Source of the DNA: Veleropilina oligotropha
Taxonomy: Eukaryota
NCBI GenBank assembly: GCA_048128005.1
Contig: JBEUKZ010000112.1
Coordinates: 682,001-746,000 of the forward strand
Length of the DNA stretch: 64,000 bases
Reading direction: 5' to 3'
In this document: positions 49,196-62,224 of the stretch, in pieces
Layout of the letters: every line of letters starts with the position of its first letter
How positions within the stretch are numbered: position 1 is the stretch's first letter
The notes under the pieces: model-generated
Database searches by the model: none
What the model saw: only the letters and a program-made list of their open reading frames with translations
Told to the model about the DNA's origin: nothing
Program-made: the position numbers and the translations under genes

Positions 49196-50751
49196 CTGGG
49201 ACTACTATACTATAGGGACTGGCTACTTTAAAGATCGCGCTGAAATCACGTACTCGGCGCTAAAATGCGAGAGTTCGCTTGAAATCTAATAAGCAAAGCA
49301 ACAACCTGCTAATTGAATCCCATATAAAATATTCGCTACTATTTGTCAGACATATGTATACATATAAATAGATATTATATATATTGTAGATTGTGTATAT
49401 GTATTTATATCGTTAAAATTATGTAAAAAAGGCAGAGATAAGTGTTATGGTATTGTATGTTCTCTGTTATTTACGAAAATCCAAAATGGCGTCGATAAGA
49501 AAGCTTTCGAATCGAAAAACAGTACATTATGCAACTTCTTCTCCTCGTCAGCTGCTACATTTTACTTTTGGATATCTGTCTCATCATTGTATTTATATGC
49601 TATTGCTTGGACTCTTCTATTGAGAAGCGAAATGTGACGAAGATTTATAACCTTTATTAGCATTTAAAAATGACGATTTTACTTAAATGTGACCAGCGTT
49701 AATATTTTCACATTGTAAAGTGCTCAATTTTGCAACTTCTTCTCCTCGTTAGCTGTTATATTTTACTTTTTGATATTTGCACCATCTGTTCATTTGCATT
49801 CGATTTCTTGTACTCATCTATTGTGTAGTGAAATGTAACGAAGATTTATAGCATATATTTTCATTTTAAAATGACCAATTTTCCTAAATATTATCAAGCG
49901 TTGATATTCATTTTATGATGGTTTCTCTTCTTTATTTGTTGCATTTTATGTTTGAATATATTCACCTTTTTCTAATTTACACTCGATTACATCGACTCGA
50001 CTATTGTACAGGGAAATACAACGAAGATTTAATTCATATATTTGCGTCTTAAAATGGCCTATTTATCAACGATGTCTATATAGTGGTCCATTTCAAGAAT
50101 ACTTCTTTACAATGCCAACTTCAAGTGGTCCCCATTGTTATTGCGCAGACAAAATACTGACAGCTTAAATACATTATATCAACATGCAAAGCAAAACATA
50201 GTATGAAAAGCATATAGTGGATAGCTTTATGTTTAAACTAATTGTCTCTATTGAAGATAATCGTTTGTTTTGATAATCATTAGAAAAGTAGCTGGGGTCA
50301 TTTAAATGGTTCCGATTCAGTAACAAAAGATAAATGCATAAGCAATGATTTCGTTTTGAATTGGCCAATCAGTTTATCTAGCAACTAGCCGCGATTAACA
50401 TTGATCCCTTTCAATATAGGTTGCATTAAATTTCATTTTCAATTAATAATTGTGCAGTTTCTTTAGTTTGAATGCCGTCCAAATTAAAACAAATCCAAAA
50501 AATAAATTCGCAATCGTCTGATGTGTTATTGTAATTGCGTGTTTAATAGATATTTTGTGAATTAAACCGTTATAATCAACCGCATTTATCCCAATTGGGG
50601 ATTAAATATTATTTTCACAAAGCCGAAAGTCGCGAAAGTCTCTACGCACATGCGCAGTGCGGTAATTACGAGAACAATAGCGAGTACCACATTATTGACG
50701 GCGAGTCGGCTAATTGGTGAGAGCTTCCAGTCCCTCTAATAGTAGTCCCAG
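49196..50751. mobile_element. Non-autonomous DNA transposon with 7-bp TSD
   Basis: TIR CTGGGACTACTA..agggactgg / ccagtccct..TAGTAGTCCCAG; CAAATAC on both flanks; internal ~200-bp degenerate repeats. Confidence 0.88.
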
Positions 50752-50955
50752 CAAATACTTACAAAGTTCACATTTCAAATAATGTATTTTTTCAGGGCGA
50801 AAAATGTACTTTTACACCAAATGGATAACGATGAAAATAACATCATAGCACCCGAAGGAATATTAGGTTGCTAATATTTTAGAAAGATACGTTGGGCATT
50901 TCCGTAAATTTTTTTATGTGCTGCACAGATCTACAGCGATAGAAGATAATATATA

Positions 50956-51880
50956 CTCAACCAAAAAAGAAACGCACACCCCACTTTTACATAATTGCAC
51001 TAGGTTAACAATTTGCGAAAATTGGATGCAAGAAAACATTTCTGAGACACTAACTTTCTTTCCTCCATTAATTAAATAATTAAAGATAATTTTTATATGC
51101 CAAATTTTATTTGCAGAGCATATATAAAAATGCAAACCGTCCGTGCCTGCGCGCGTCCGTCCGCCCGTGCAAATTATCTGTTCCGGAGCGTATCTCATAA
51201 ACCGCTTAACATATCGTTTCGAAATTTGGTTGGTGTATTAATAAGTTGGTGAACTGGTAACATTGCTAATTTTAATGTTGTGCGGCGATTATAGACAGAG
51301 GTACTGCCCTTGTTGCTATTTATACATAGAAAATACGCTTACTTCATTGTATCCCCATGAAAATAAAGTATACAGGCCTAGTAATTGTGAATGTACCTAT
51401 GCGGGGGATATTGATAGCCTTGTCTTCTTGTTCATTAATGAAGAAAAGAAAGTTAGTGTCTGATCAAAGTCTCCTTGCATGAAATTTTCACAAATTGGGT
51501 TTGAATTTTTTTTTTTTAAATAATACCAAGGGCAATAACTCTGTCACTAATGACCGCACAATATAAAATTAGTCATGGTACCAGTTCACCAACTGCTTAA
51601 TACTCCCACCAAATTTCATAAACATAAGTTGAGCGATTTATGAGATACGCTCCGTAAAAGATAATTTGCACGGGCTGACGAACGCGTGCACGCAAGGGCG
51701 GTTTGCATATTAATATTCCCCGCAAAACGTTTTGAGCTGGGACAAATTTATTTAGTTTAATTCATTAATGAAGGAAAGAAAGTTATTGTCTCAGAAATGT
51801 TTTCTTGCATTAAATTTTCGCAAATTGGTAACCTAGTGAAATTATCTAAAAGTGGGGTGTGCGTTTCTTTTTTGGTTCAG
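50956..51880. mobile_element. Tc1-type foldback element with HINE fragments in both arms
   Basis: TA-CTCAACCAAAAAAGAAACGCACACCCC / GGGGTGTGCGTTTCTTTTTTGGTTCAG-TA; ~120-bp outer IR. Confidence 0.85.
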
Positions 51881-52004
51881 TATATAATACCCACTGGTCA
51901 AGTGCTTGTATTATATTATTAAAAGTGCAGCAAACTTTCACTAAAGATGAAATTTGTTAATGATTTACGCAGTGTATATGTATAATTTTACGGCTTTACT
52001 TATA

Positions 52005-52130
52005 CTAGCAGGCACACCCGTTTACGAACGGGCGATTTCACTGAAATCCCACATTTTTACCCACTTGTCATTTTTACCGTGGCTATTTTTACCACGGCCA
52101 TTTTTACCTTGGGTATTTTTACCTCACGGC
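52005..52130 (-). mobile_element. Helitron 3' terminus
   Basis: Minus strand has hairpin cccgttcgtaaacggg 8 nt upstream of CTAG|T; internal ggtaaaaa repeats. Confidence 0.65.
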
Positions 52131-53206
52131 CCTCGACAGTAGTGTATTCTCTGAACTATTTAACTCTACTGAATAGTTTATCCCATAAAGACTTTCGTCT
52201 GTTCTGGACAGCAGACTTCATCGACTGACGTCCGAACTCGACCACTAGGTTACAGCACGATTTTAACTTCGGGAAAAAATATTTACTGTTAGTGATTATG
52301 AGTTACAATTTGGTTTGGTTGATTTATAAAATGCTTATAAAGTTTACATTTCACAATATTTTCCTAATATAGCCCCGGTTTAAGAGGTTTTTAACGCGCC
52401 TGAAGCTCCGTTCGCCGTACAGCGTAGGAATGTCTTCCTGCGGCATCTTGACGGCCATCTTGGGTGATGTAAAAATATCAAGTCAAGTGGATTAATGAGT
52501 TTTCCAGTTAAGCGAATGGAGACATAAACATACATAAAAACATACATACGGAGCCGATTTCAATACCCTTACCTCGCCTCTCCTTTGGAGGCGAGGGTGA
52601 TGAGAAAGGATATATCATATTAATTGTCATGACAATGGAAGTACATTGATGTATATTTGGCATAAATATAATGTTTTTATGTTATTTGCAGATTTTAATG
52701 TTCACATTTAATGAAGTTGTCTCTAAAAATTAACAAAATTAAATATTTCTGTGAATATTCATGAAGATGCAAATGATATAATGAACATCCATTTCCTGGG
52801 TGGGATTGAGCAATGAATCAGTTCCGCTTGTTACTAAATGTATTATCAAATCATAGATCAAAGTCAGATATTTACATAATACAATTAACATATTAATATT
52901 TATAAAAAGATGATTGACTTCACAAAAATTTAAGAGGTGTTGAGGCTAGAGACCTGTAGGAAACTCTTTCGAGCTTATGAATCACAGGCCCCCAGATAAT
53001 TGGCTATATTGTAACTGCTGCAATGGTTAGAGTCCAGATATAATAAATGTACAAATGTTGTGAATTTATAATGTTCGAGTGAAATATTTATAATGTTCGA
53101 GTGAAATATATATATAACATCCGAGTGTGGCTGATATATACTATTAAAAAAAGAAACGTCCTCCTGAAATATATATGAATTTTATTATGATAATTATGGT
53201 ATATAT

Positions 53207-53350
53207 TGTCATGAAGGTTACTCAACACGTTTGTAACAAGATGGCGTATTTTATTATATACACACGTTATGATGACGTAGCACGTACAGCAGTATACTAC
53301 TAGCTGTAGTAATGGCTCAAAACAAAGTACTCAAAGTGGATAACGTGACA
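53207..53350 (-). repeat. 3' LTR (144 bp)
   Basis: Adjacent to the PPT; matches the 5' LTR apart from a 72-bp deletion, a 1-bp indel and 1 substitution. Confidence 0.95.
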
Positions 53351-54278
53351 TCTCCCCTTTTCTTTCATGGGAAAGTAATTACTAAAACTTATTATTCTTA
53401 AACTAAGAATCATTAAAATAATAGCTAAATTAAACTTTGATTTTATACGATTGTTCATACACTCCAATTTAAATTATTTATATGTCCAGTCTGTTGGGCT
53501 GTTTAACACTTCGTCCGAAGCGGGTGTACACTTCGGTCGGTTGATGAACGCTTTGTTGGATAGTATCACCGCAGCTGGGTAGGGGTAGGGTGGTTTGCGA
53601 TTCGATTTGGCGAGTATCGGACTTAGATTCTTGCGAAGAACACGATTTGGTGGGAATTTTCTGCAAGTGTCTCCGATTGCGCCGTAGAATTCCTGTGCTA
53701 TTTTGCACGTTGAACGATCTTGGGGTATGCGACTTGTAGAGGATCGCGACAGGTTCACTCCAAATTTTGTCGTGCTCTGTTCGTATTCTAGCTGTATCGC
53801 CTGGAATTAGTTCCGGCATTGGACGAACAGAGTGTCTGCGGTTGTAGAAATATTCGTACTTGCGTTTAGTGTTTTCGTCGTTGATTTCGACCTGTTCGGG
53901 GTCAATACATTTGATCTCTGTGTGCCTTGTTAACGTAGGTAGAGTTGTACGAATTTGTCTGTTGATCATCAGCTCAACAGGGCTATAGCCTGTAGCCTCG
54001 ATTTTCGTGGCTCTATATGTCATCAGAGCTAGAGACGGATCGTTTTGCTTTATAATCCGCTTGGCCGTTTGCACACCACGTTCAATCATACCGTTTGCTT
54101 GTGGATATCGCGGGCTTGACGTGATATGCGTAAATCCGTATGAATTCGCAAAGTCTTTGAATGCATCCGAAGTAAATTGGGGGCCGTTGTCACTTACAAC
54201 TTGTTCAGGAATTCCCCATCGCGCATACATGTTTTTTAACTTTGCGATGACTGACATACTCGTCGTATCAGGCATGTA

Positions 54279-55272
54279 CCGTGTACTATGTAAACATGAC
54301 AACAAATGAAATAAAGGTCTTATTATCGGAGCATGGAGTCAAAACTACATTTAGAAAAACTCATCAATTTACTCATTAATAGTTAATTTAATATTGGCGA
54401 TAATCCCTGACACTGATTCCCAAACCATATATATTTGAATTAATGGGAAAGTATATTGCTTCTTTTTTGCTGAATTTCACAAATTTAGTGAAAGGTCGTT
54501 GCGTATTCCCGGTACACTCAGGAAATTATATTGTTTGATGTACTGTTATTTCTACATTATTAAATTTATATAAGCTATTTATTATCATTTGTAACTAACT
54601 GTTGACTGCTTGTTTTTATTGCTAGTTGAATGCAATAAATATTTAATACAAATGATATTGATTTTATTGTCTCATTTTTACTATTATTACAAAAATGAAG
54701 GAAATCTACTATTAAACATATGTGCTAATAATAAGGCATATCATCTGCAAATCTGTGTTTTGTTGCATGACTATAACTGTATGGCTAACAAGTATCGATC
54801 GTTTGACTGGATTAAGCAACGGCCTTAATAGCTGCAACCATTTTGCATCAAGTCTAATGAGAATTATTAATATATGATATCATACATCGGGGCATTTGTA
54901 TTTTGGTACTCTCTTTACACTCCAAACAATACGTTGGTGTGACAAAGATTGTATGATCATTCTCATTATCGGATCCTCAATGACGGAATTGTCTGTAATT
55001 TTCACTCTTTAACATTGACGCATGTTATCTTTAAATATCAAATATGAACCAGCGGGGTTTTCTGGCAATAAATATATGGTTCTAGTTCACATTATCCAGT
55101 TAATAAAAATTACATTCGACTTTCTTTCAATAATCGGCCACTCCACCGTTGGCGCAAGATTTCACACTTCAAATTGGTGGGAACGGGTCGGTCGATTGAT
55201 TGACTACCGCCAATTTGATTCTGCGCGTCGACGCTGTGATTCAACAGTGAATGAATGTGTTTAATTGTTGGG
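54279..55272. mobile_element. ~1-kb AT-rich non-coding insertion splitting the Gypsy integrase
   Basis: Integrase breaks at YLEIA and resumes at YMPDTTS; insert is TA-flanked with CC...GG ends. Confidence 0.75.
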
Positions 55273-58200
55273 TATGCGCGATTTCGAGATATCGCGAATA
55301 GTAGTCTATTACCGCAAGATATGAGCGACCTTCGTACGAGAATAGGTCCGTAGCAACACGTGTCCACGGTGCTTCTGGAAGCGGAGTTGTTTTCAACGGT
55401 TCCCGACGTTGTGCTGGTTTCTGTGTTTGGCAGTGATCACAATTTCGTATGATTTCTGTAATGTCTCTTCCAATGCCAAACCACCACACAGACGTATTGG
55501 CTCGCTCTTTGCATTTGGTAATTCCTTGGTGGCCATGATGTTTGATTTCAAGTATTTTCCCTCTTAAGTTCTGCGGAATAACAATTTTGTCGTCATATAT
55601 CAGTAGTCGATCTGCCACTGACAAATGTGATCGCGCACTGAACAAATCTTTCAGTTCTTTGCATGTATCGTCTCGTTGTTCGAGATATCGGGGCCATCCC
55701 TCGATTGTGTAATCGATCGCCTGTTGCATGACTTCGTCATTTTCACAGCGCGTTTTATTTCTTCAATTTGTTTATTCGACACTGCAATGGCCATTGCTCA
55801 GTTATATCGCACACGTATGCATTTACGGTGTTGCATAGTTCGGTTTCCGCAGTCTTGTTCGACTCTATGGGATGACGCGATAATGTGTCTGCGACGACTA
55901 GTTGCTTGCCGGGTAGGCCTACGTGTTCGGCAACTGGATTGTACCTCATCATGCGCATTAAAAGTCTTTGACATCTTAGAGGTACAGTGTTCAAGTCTGA
56001 CCCATTGATTAACGGAACCAGAGGTTTGTGGTCTGTGAAGAGTCTGAATGTTTTCAGTCCACATAGAAATCGATCGAATTTCTCGCACGCGAAAATAGAT
56101 GCTAGGCATTCTTTTTCTATTTGAGCGTATCGCGTCTCGGCTGGTAGCAGTGTTCGCGATGCAAATGTGACGGGTCTCATTGTTTTTTTGTCTTGCTGTA
56201 ATAACACGGCGCCTAGTCCGTAGCTGCTTGCGTCAGCTGATACGATCGTCGGTTTATTGGGGTCATAATATGCCAATGTCGGTGCAGTGGGTATTGCGTT
56301 TTTTACTTTCTGATAGCATTCTTTTGCGCTGGTCCCCAAAACCATTCTGCGTCTTTCGTGAGCAAGTCATTTAGGGGTTTCATAATTTCGGACAAATTTG
56401 AAATGTACGATCCGAGATAGGTGATCATTCCGCGTATTCGCTGGAGTTCGTGCACGTTTGTCGGTTCCGGCATGTTGTTAATCGCGTTCACTTTATCGGG
56501 GTCTGGTTTTACACCATCTTTATTAAAGATATGGCCAAGATATTTCATTTCTCTTTGTCGATATTGACATTTATCCGCGTTTCGCGTGACACTAGCATTG
56601 TCTAATTTCTGTACGACTAGATTAAGTCGCGTGTCGTGTTCTGCCATATCGACACCGGACACGTGAATATCGTCTTGAAACACAACAACACCTATCCCTT
56701 CGAGAAGATCTGACATTTTCCTCTGATAGATCTCGCTAGCAGATGTAATTCCGAATGGAACGCGCTTAAAGTAATATCTGCCTTCAGGCGTTATGAATGT
56801 TGTGAGTTTAGCGCTTTCTGTGTGTAACTCCATTTGGTAGTACCCCGAAGTCGTGTCGAGTTTGCTAAACACGCTAGCACCGGACAGTTTCGATGTAAAT
56901 TTCCTCCAACGTTGGAAGAACGTAACGCTCGCGTTTAACACATTTATTTAACTCCCGCAGATCTACACAGATACGAACGGAATCGCTTTCGCGCTTTGGT
57001 ACCACCACGATTGGAGAGCACCACTCAGTCGGTTCGGTTATTTTCGCTATGATGTCCGCGTCTTCCATTCGTTTAAGCTCCTGTCTTACTTTAGGAAGTA
57101 ACGGAATTGGAATACGACGCGCGACATTCGCATGAAACGGAACGGAATCTTCATTTAGGTGAATTCGCACTGGGTCACCTTTCATTTTGCGCAAGCCACT
57201 GTTAATTTCATTAACATCGGAAATGTTTAGTTTAACAAGTTTCATACGTTCCGCCATTTCTCGACTTAGTAGGTTACTTGGTGCATCGACGACGTATAAA
57301 TCGGACCAGTATGGCGTGCCACAATATATAGTTTTCGCAGTAAACGTCCCTTTGCAGGGTATTTTCGCGTTTACGCTTCGCAGAACATTGTTGGTCGGTT
57401 TTAACATAGGCTTGATTTTTAATTCACTGTACGTTTTAGACGATATAACGCTTACATCGGCACCCGAATCGATTTTGAATTTCACGTCGCTTCTACAGAT
57501 TGGTAATTCGATCATCCATGATTCGCTGCTTTCATTTGCGTTTGTTACCGTACCAAGAAAGAATTCTTCATCGTAATTATCGCGTTGTCTAGAACTTCTT
57601 TTATCACTTTTGTTTTACATTGTTTAGCGTAATGTCACACGCGATGACATTTGTTACATTCCGCGTTTATTGCCGGGCATTTTGAACCGTGTTGTCGACC
57701 GCATCTACCGCATGGTCGAGAGTTAGCACTATTGTTGCGCGATTTATCGTAGCGATTTTTCTCGCCACTTTGGTGTTTTGGTTTCCCTTTGTAAGAATAT
57801 TTATTTTTATAGTTTTGTGTTTTCATTTCATCTACGCATTTCATTGGTTCAGCTTGTGCCGACATTTGGTGTTTTACCGATTCTGATTGTCCAATCAAAT
57901 CGATGGCATCTTTGAGAGTCAAGTTTGCTTTCATTTACAGTTCCTGAGAAACTGTTTTGTCGGATATGCCAACCACTAGACGGTCTCTGATATAATCGTC
58001 CTTGCCGCCACCGAAATTACAATGTTCAGATATTTCGTATAATGTTCGAATGAACGTTTCCGCCGACTCGTCTGCTCTTTGTGAGCGCACATGAAACATG
58101 GCTCTTTCATGTATCATATTACGTTTGGGTGTGAAATGTTTATCAAAATGTTCCATTACCATTTCGTAATTCTTTTGATCTGATTCACTTAGTCCGAACT

Positions 58201-58514
58201 GGGTAAAGATATGTTCACTTTCTGGACCCATTATATATATATTAGTGAGCTTACTTGCATCTCACCTCCATCGTTTGTTAACTTGGATGCTATTCGATAC
58301 CTGGAAAATCTTTGCTTTCATTCTGGCCACGTTTGCGGCCTCGAAAAGTCCATTGCCAACGGTGGTTTTATGTGCGACATATCTATGTCGATCTGTTGTT
58401 ATTTCTTAAAAATAACTTCACGAAGATTATCATTAATCTTTGTTTGGTTTGTGCTCGCGGCGTAATTGGCTCCATTCGTTGTGATGGCTTAATTACAATC
58501 CCGATCTGACACCA

Positions 58515-58729
58515 TGTCATGAAGGTACTCAACACGTTTGTAACAATTGTTGTTTGATTCGATTTTAACGAGGTCTTCCACGTTTTCCGTGATTTCAACC
58601 TCTTTACGTTTGTAACAAGATGGCGTATTTTATTATATACACACGTTATGATGACGTAGCACGTACAGCAGTATACTACTAGCTGTAGTAATGGCTCAAA
58701 ACAAAGTACTCAAATTGGATAACGTGACA
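58515..58729 (-). repeat. 5' LTR (215 bp)
   Basis: Adjacent to the PBS at 58500-58514. Confidence 0.95.
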
Positions 58730-58836
58730 TATATGATGCAAATTTTAGGTAGTGTACATTCAGAATCTTGTGTATCGACCAAAGCGATTACAGCCTGTAT
58801 TCGTCGACGCTGATAATAATTGTAGGTAGTATACAT

Positions 58837-59460
58837 TCAGAATCTGGTGTGTCCACCATTCGAAGCGATTACAGCCAGTATTCGTCGACGCATAGACTTC
58901 ATCAGCCTCGCGAACACATTCCGGTCAATGTTCGCCCATTCCTGAATCAGCGCACCTCTTAGTTCTTGCCCATTTGATGGTTGTTGTCGTTCGTGCACTC
59001 GTCGACCCAATTCATGTTCGCTAGGGCAAAGGTCGGGGCTATAAGCAGGCCAAGGCATGGTTTCATATGGCTGCATTCCGAGGTAATCTTCAGTTATCCG
59101 CGCTGAGTGAGGCCGAGCATTATCCTGCTGGAATATGCGGAGATTTCGATGGTCATTCATAAACTGTGTTGCAAATGGTACCGATATGTTGTCGATGTAA
59201 CCATGTGTGGTTAGTGTGCCGTTCACGAAATGAGCTCTGTACGGAAATGTGTGGATATTCCCGCCCACACCATAACGCTGCCACCGCCAAAACGATCTCG
59301 CTCTACCACAGCTGCATCTGAGTAACGTTCTCCTCGACGACGGTATACTCGGACTCGGCCGTCAGGGTGTAAGACATTAAAACGATATTCTTCCGTGAAT
59401 AGGACAGTGCTCCATTGTTCATTTGTCCATTGGCGATGAAGTCTTGATGGCCAGGTGTGA
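58837..59460 (-). pseudogene. Degenerate Tc1-family DD34E transposase, C-terminal half
   Basis: QQDNARPH-34aa-E, WPAYSPDL, SMRRRILAVIASNGGHTRF; its 3' end is locally duplicated at 58747-58810. Confidence 0.88.
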
Positions 59461-59476
59461 AAATGACATTGTGATG

Positions 59477-59910
59477 CAGGGGCGTCGCAACCATTTTGAT
59501 GTTAGGGGGGTATCATTAACCAAGGGCACCTCATATTGCATACTTCCCAACCTTTATGGGAAGAAACAGGTATAGCCACGTGAGCGGCCGTATGCCGCGA
59601 ATATCTAGGAGGGTTTGGGGGCATGCCCCCCCCCAAGATTTTTTTAATTTAGAAGCTCTGGGAAGCGTTCACCTGCATTCTAGGACAAATTGACATTTGT
59701 TTTGCCTCAAAATTTCATGTTTGGAGAGCAGCCATTATTAAAAACATGTTAAAATAAATATTCGCTAATATTAGTACTCATCCACAAATTTTCCTGAATT
59801 CTGGAATATGAATCGACTACGTGCGGTACTTCGTTTGTTCAATACTATTTTTTACAGACACTATATTACGGACATGGTTTACAAGTGTTCTAGGGGGGGG
59901 GGGGGGGATT
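59477..59910. mobile_element. Left part of a hAT-like MITE
   Basis: CAGGGGCGTCGC start, gggggcatgccccccc motif and G-runs; right end not found. Confidence 0.45.
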
Positions 59911-60021
59911 CTGACGGCGAATCGCTGATAAGATAACGAAGGAACTTGTTCAACTGCAGTAATTGTCTATCCAATGCCACAAATCATTAATGATATTGAT
60001 TGAACATTCGGTACGATTATC

Positions 60022-60463
60022 TATTAATGCCAAGATTTCCATAAGAGCAGTTAATTAATTTTGATAAACCAACAAACATCAGATTGGAGAAATTATGGCC
60101 GCAGCGGTAATGTACATAAATTATACCAAGATTTTTGAGGTGTACTGATAGCCAAAACGTAACGGGCGTATCAGTGTCCCATTGGTACCAATGGTGACAG
60201 GTTCTGTCTGAGCCCCACAGATCAGAATCGGGATCCCAGTTCATCCGCACCTACACACATTTTCTCACTTTAAACCTGCCTCCCCTAGTATGCCTGTCAG
60301 GGGTAAGCAAACTCCTCCCTTGGTGACAAGAGCAGGAGCGGGCTCCTCTCGGTAACGAAGTGATCCCTATCTCACTGTCTACTCCTACTGCACAGTAGGT
60401 AGCGACCCTGAAAATATGTGCCGGATAAGTCAGAGATCCACCTTCACCTCAGAAAACCCTGCC
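60022..60463 (-). repeat. Split direct repeat B2 (442 bp)
   Basis: No differences seen from 61107-61548 (offset 1085). Confidence 0.95.
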
Positions 60464-61106
60464 TAACTAAGTTAACACCGCTGCGACATTATTTATTAAG
60501 CAACATAAACCTGAATACAATAAATTTCACACTACACTATAGCTTATTGTTTAGAGATGCTTCACTTTCACATCTGGTGTCTACAAAGGTGCCTAAGAGG
60601 CATTTTGTAGGTAATTATTCAGAATTGTTCATACGGATTCAACACTCCTTAACTTGGCCATAGCACAAACTTTCTGGCACTTATCTACGTGTACGACGAG
60701 CGCCGATTCCATGGCCGATAAAGCAACAGGAACTGAAGTAACAGGAGTGAACGATGTTTGAAATGGAGTCCTTAAAACTGAAAGAAAAACTTGACAGCAG
60801 AAAGAATTCACATTATACAAGGTAAATACAAACACGGAGTGCACACCTAGCTAGATGAGCAATTAGACAATGGGGATGGGTGGGTGGGTTATTTCAGCGA
60901 ATTTAAAACCGTCTGCAAACTGATCCAGCTGCTAGGAAAGGTCACGCTCTCCTTGAGAACTGTTTGCTTTCTCAGCCTAAAGAGCACTGCCATAAGCATT
61001 ATGCCTTGCTAATATTTAATCTCACAAAAGTGCTCTCCCCTTGACCAACCGAATACATTGACACTTGCATTAAATTAAATTATCTGGCATGCGCTGCTAT
61101 AATTGT

Positions 61107-61548
61107 TATTAATGCCAAGATTTCCATAAGAGCAGTTAATTAATTTTGATAAACCAACAAACATCAGATTGGAGAAATTATGGCCGCAGCGGTAATGTAC
61201 ATAAATTATACCAAGATTTTTGAGGTGTACTGATAGCCAAAACGTAACGGGCGTATCAGTGTCCCATTGGTACCAATGGTGACAGGTTCTGTCTGAGCCC
61301 CACAGATCAGAATCGGGATCCCAGTTCATCCGCACCTACACACATTTTCTCACTTTAAACCTGCCTCCCCTAGTATGCCTGTCAGGGGTAAGCAAACTCC
61401 TCCCTTGGTGACAAGAGCAGGAGCGGGCTCCTCTCGGTAACGAAGTGATCCCTATCTCACTGTCTACTCCTACTGCACAGTAGGTAGCGACCCTGAAAAT
61501 ATGTGCCGGATAAGTCAGAGATCCACCTTCACCTCAGAAAACCCTGCC
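61107..61548 (-). repeat. Split direct repeat B1 (442 bp)
   Basis: No differences seen from 60022-60463. Confidence 0.95.
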
Positions 61549-61631
61549 ATATGTGTGGCTCTATAGCCGCACATCCGCCAAACACGACCCACACACCCCC
61601 ATAAAACTACCTTCTTAACTAGAAAAATAAA

Positions 61632-62224
61632 CTAACAGGGAAACACTTTTCCCGGACCATCGAGGAAGTACTCGATTGCACCTTTAAGTGTGTTAATAAA
61701 TACAGCGTTGCCCACACTTGACATGTGGACCCCATCCCGGCGGAACAAGTTTCTCTCTTGATAAATTATAGTTGGATGATTAATAATCTTTCCTTTGTTT
61801 TGGAAAAGGAAGCTTCTAATTTCCTTATTTACTCGCTTTCTGCTTTTTTCAATCTTAACCGGATTATTGGCGTCATGCCAGTAACGACGAGGAAGCATAT
61901 CAGACCATATAATGGTTATGTTAGGTGACATCGCCATGAGGCGGAATATGGAGCATTTAATGTTCTCAATTAATTCCTTGCCCTTTATCGAGGTCAAATC
62001 ATTTGAACCAAGATGTACCAACAAGATTTCTGGAATCGGATACTGTGCGAACTGCTTTGCAAGATAGTCATCAAAGTCGTTCCAGCTCATGCCCCTATTT
62101 CCCTTCCATTTTATTCTGACGTTCCTATCTGCTAGGCCTAAATGCACCCCTCCTGCCTGTACAGCTGCAAACCTTCCTGCCCAATAAGGAATTGAGGATC
62201 CAACCACCCAAACCGTGGTGTGTC
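61632..62224 (-). CDS. SGNH/GDSL-type hydrolase ORF of the Ngaro element
   Basis: Blocks VWVVGSS (I), GNRG (II), HLGSND (III), DGVH (V). Confidence 0.85.

Larger units (their letters stand above)
53207..58729 (-). mobile_element. Full-length Ty3/Gypsy LTR retrotransposon (Mag-like), coding region disrupted
   Basis: TG...CA LTRs at 58515-58729 (5') and 53207-53350 (3'); TSD TATAT; PBS TGGTGTCAGA (tRNA-Leu-like); PPT aaaaggggaga; gag from 58380 with tandem Cys-His knuckles, protease IDSGA, RT FQDD, RNase H DAS..G, integrase HHCC and DDE; order PR-RT-RH-IN. Confidence 0.97.

Noticed and set aside
25585..57576. Antisense ORFs over LINE, GT92, Tc1 and Gypsy coding regions (e.g. 25585-25902, 39625-39894, 57187-57576)
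   Set aside because: Shadows of real coding sequence on the opposite strand.
60017..61335. Duplicated 77/86-aa ORFs (MRMNWDPDSDLW...)
   Set aside because: They lie inside the B repeats, start at GTG and show no domain; the duplication explains their recurrence.
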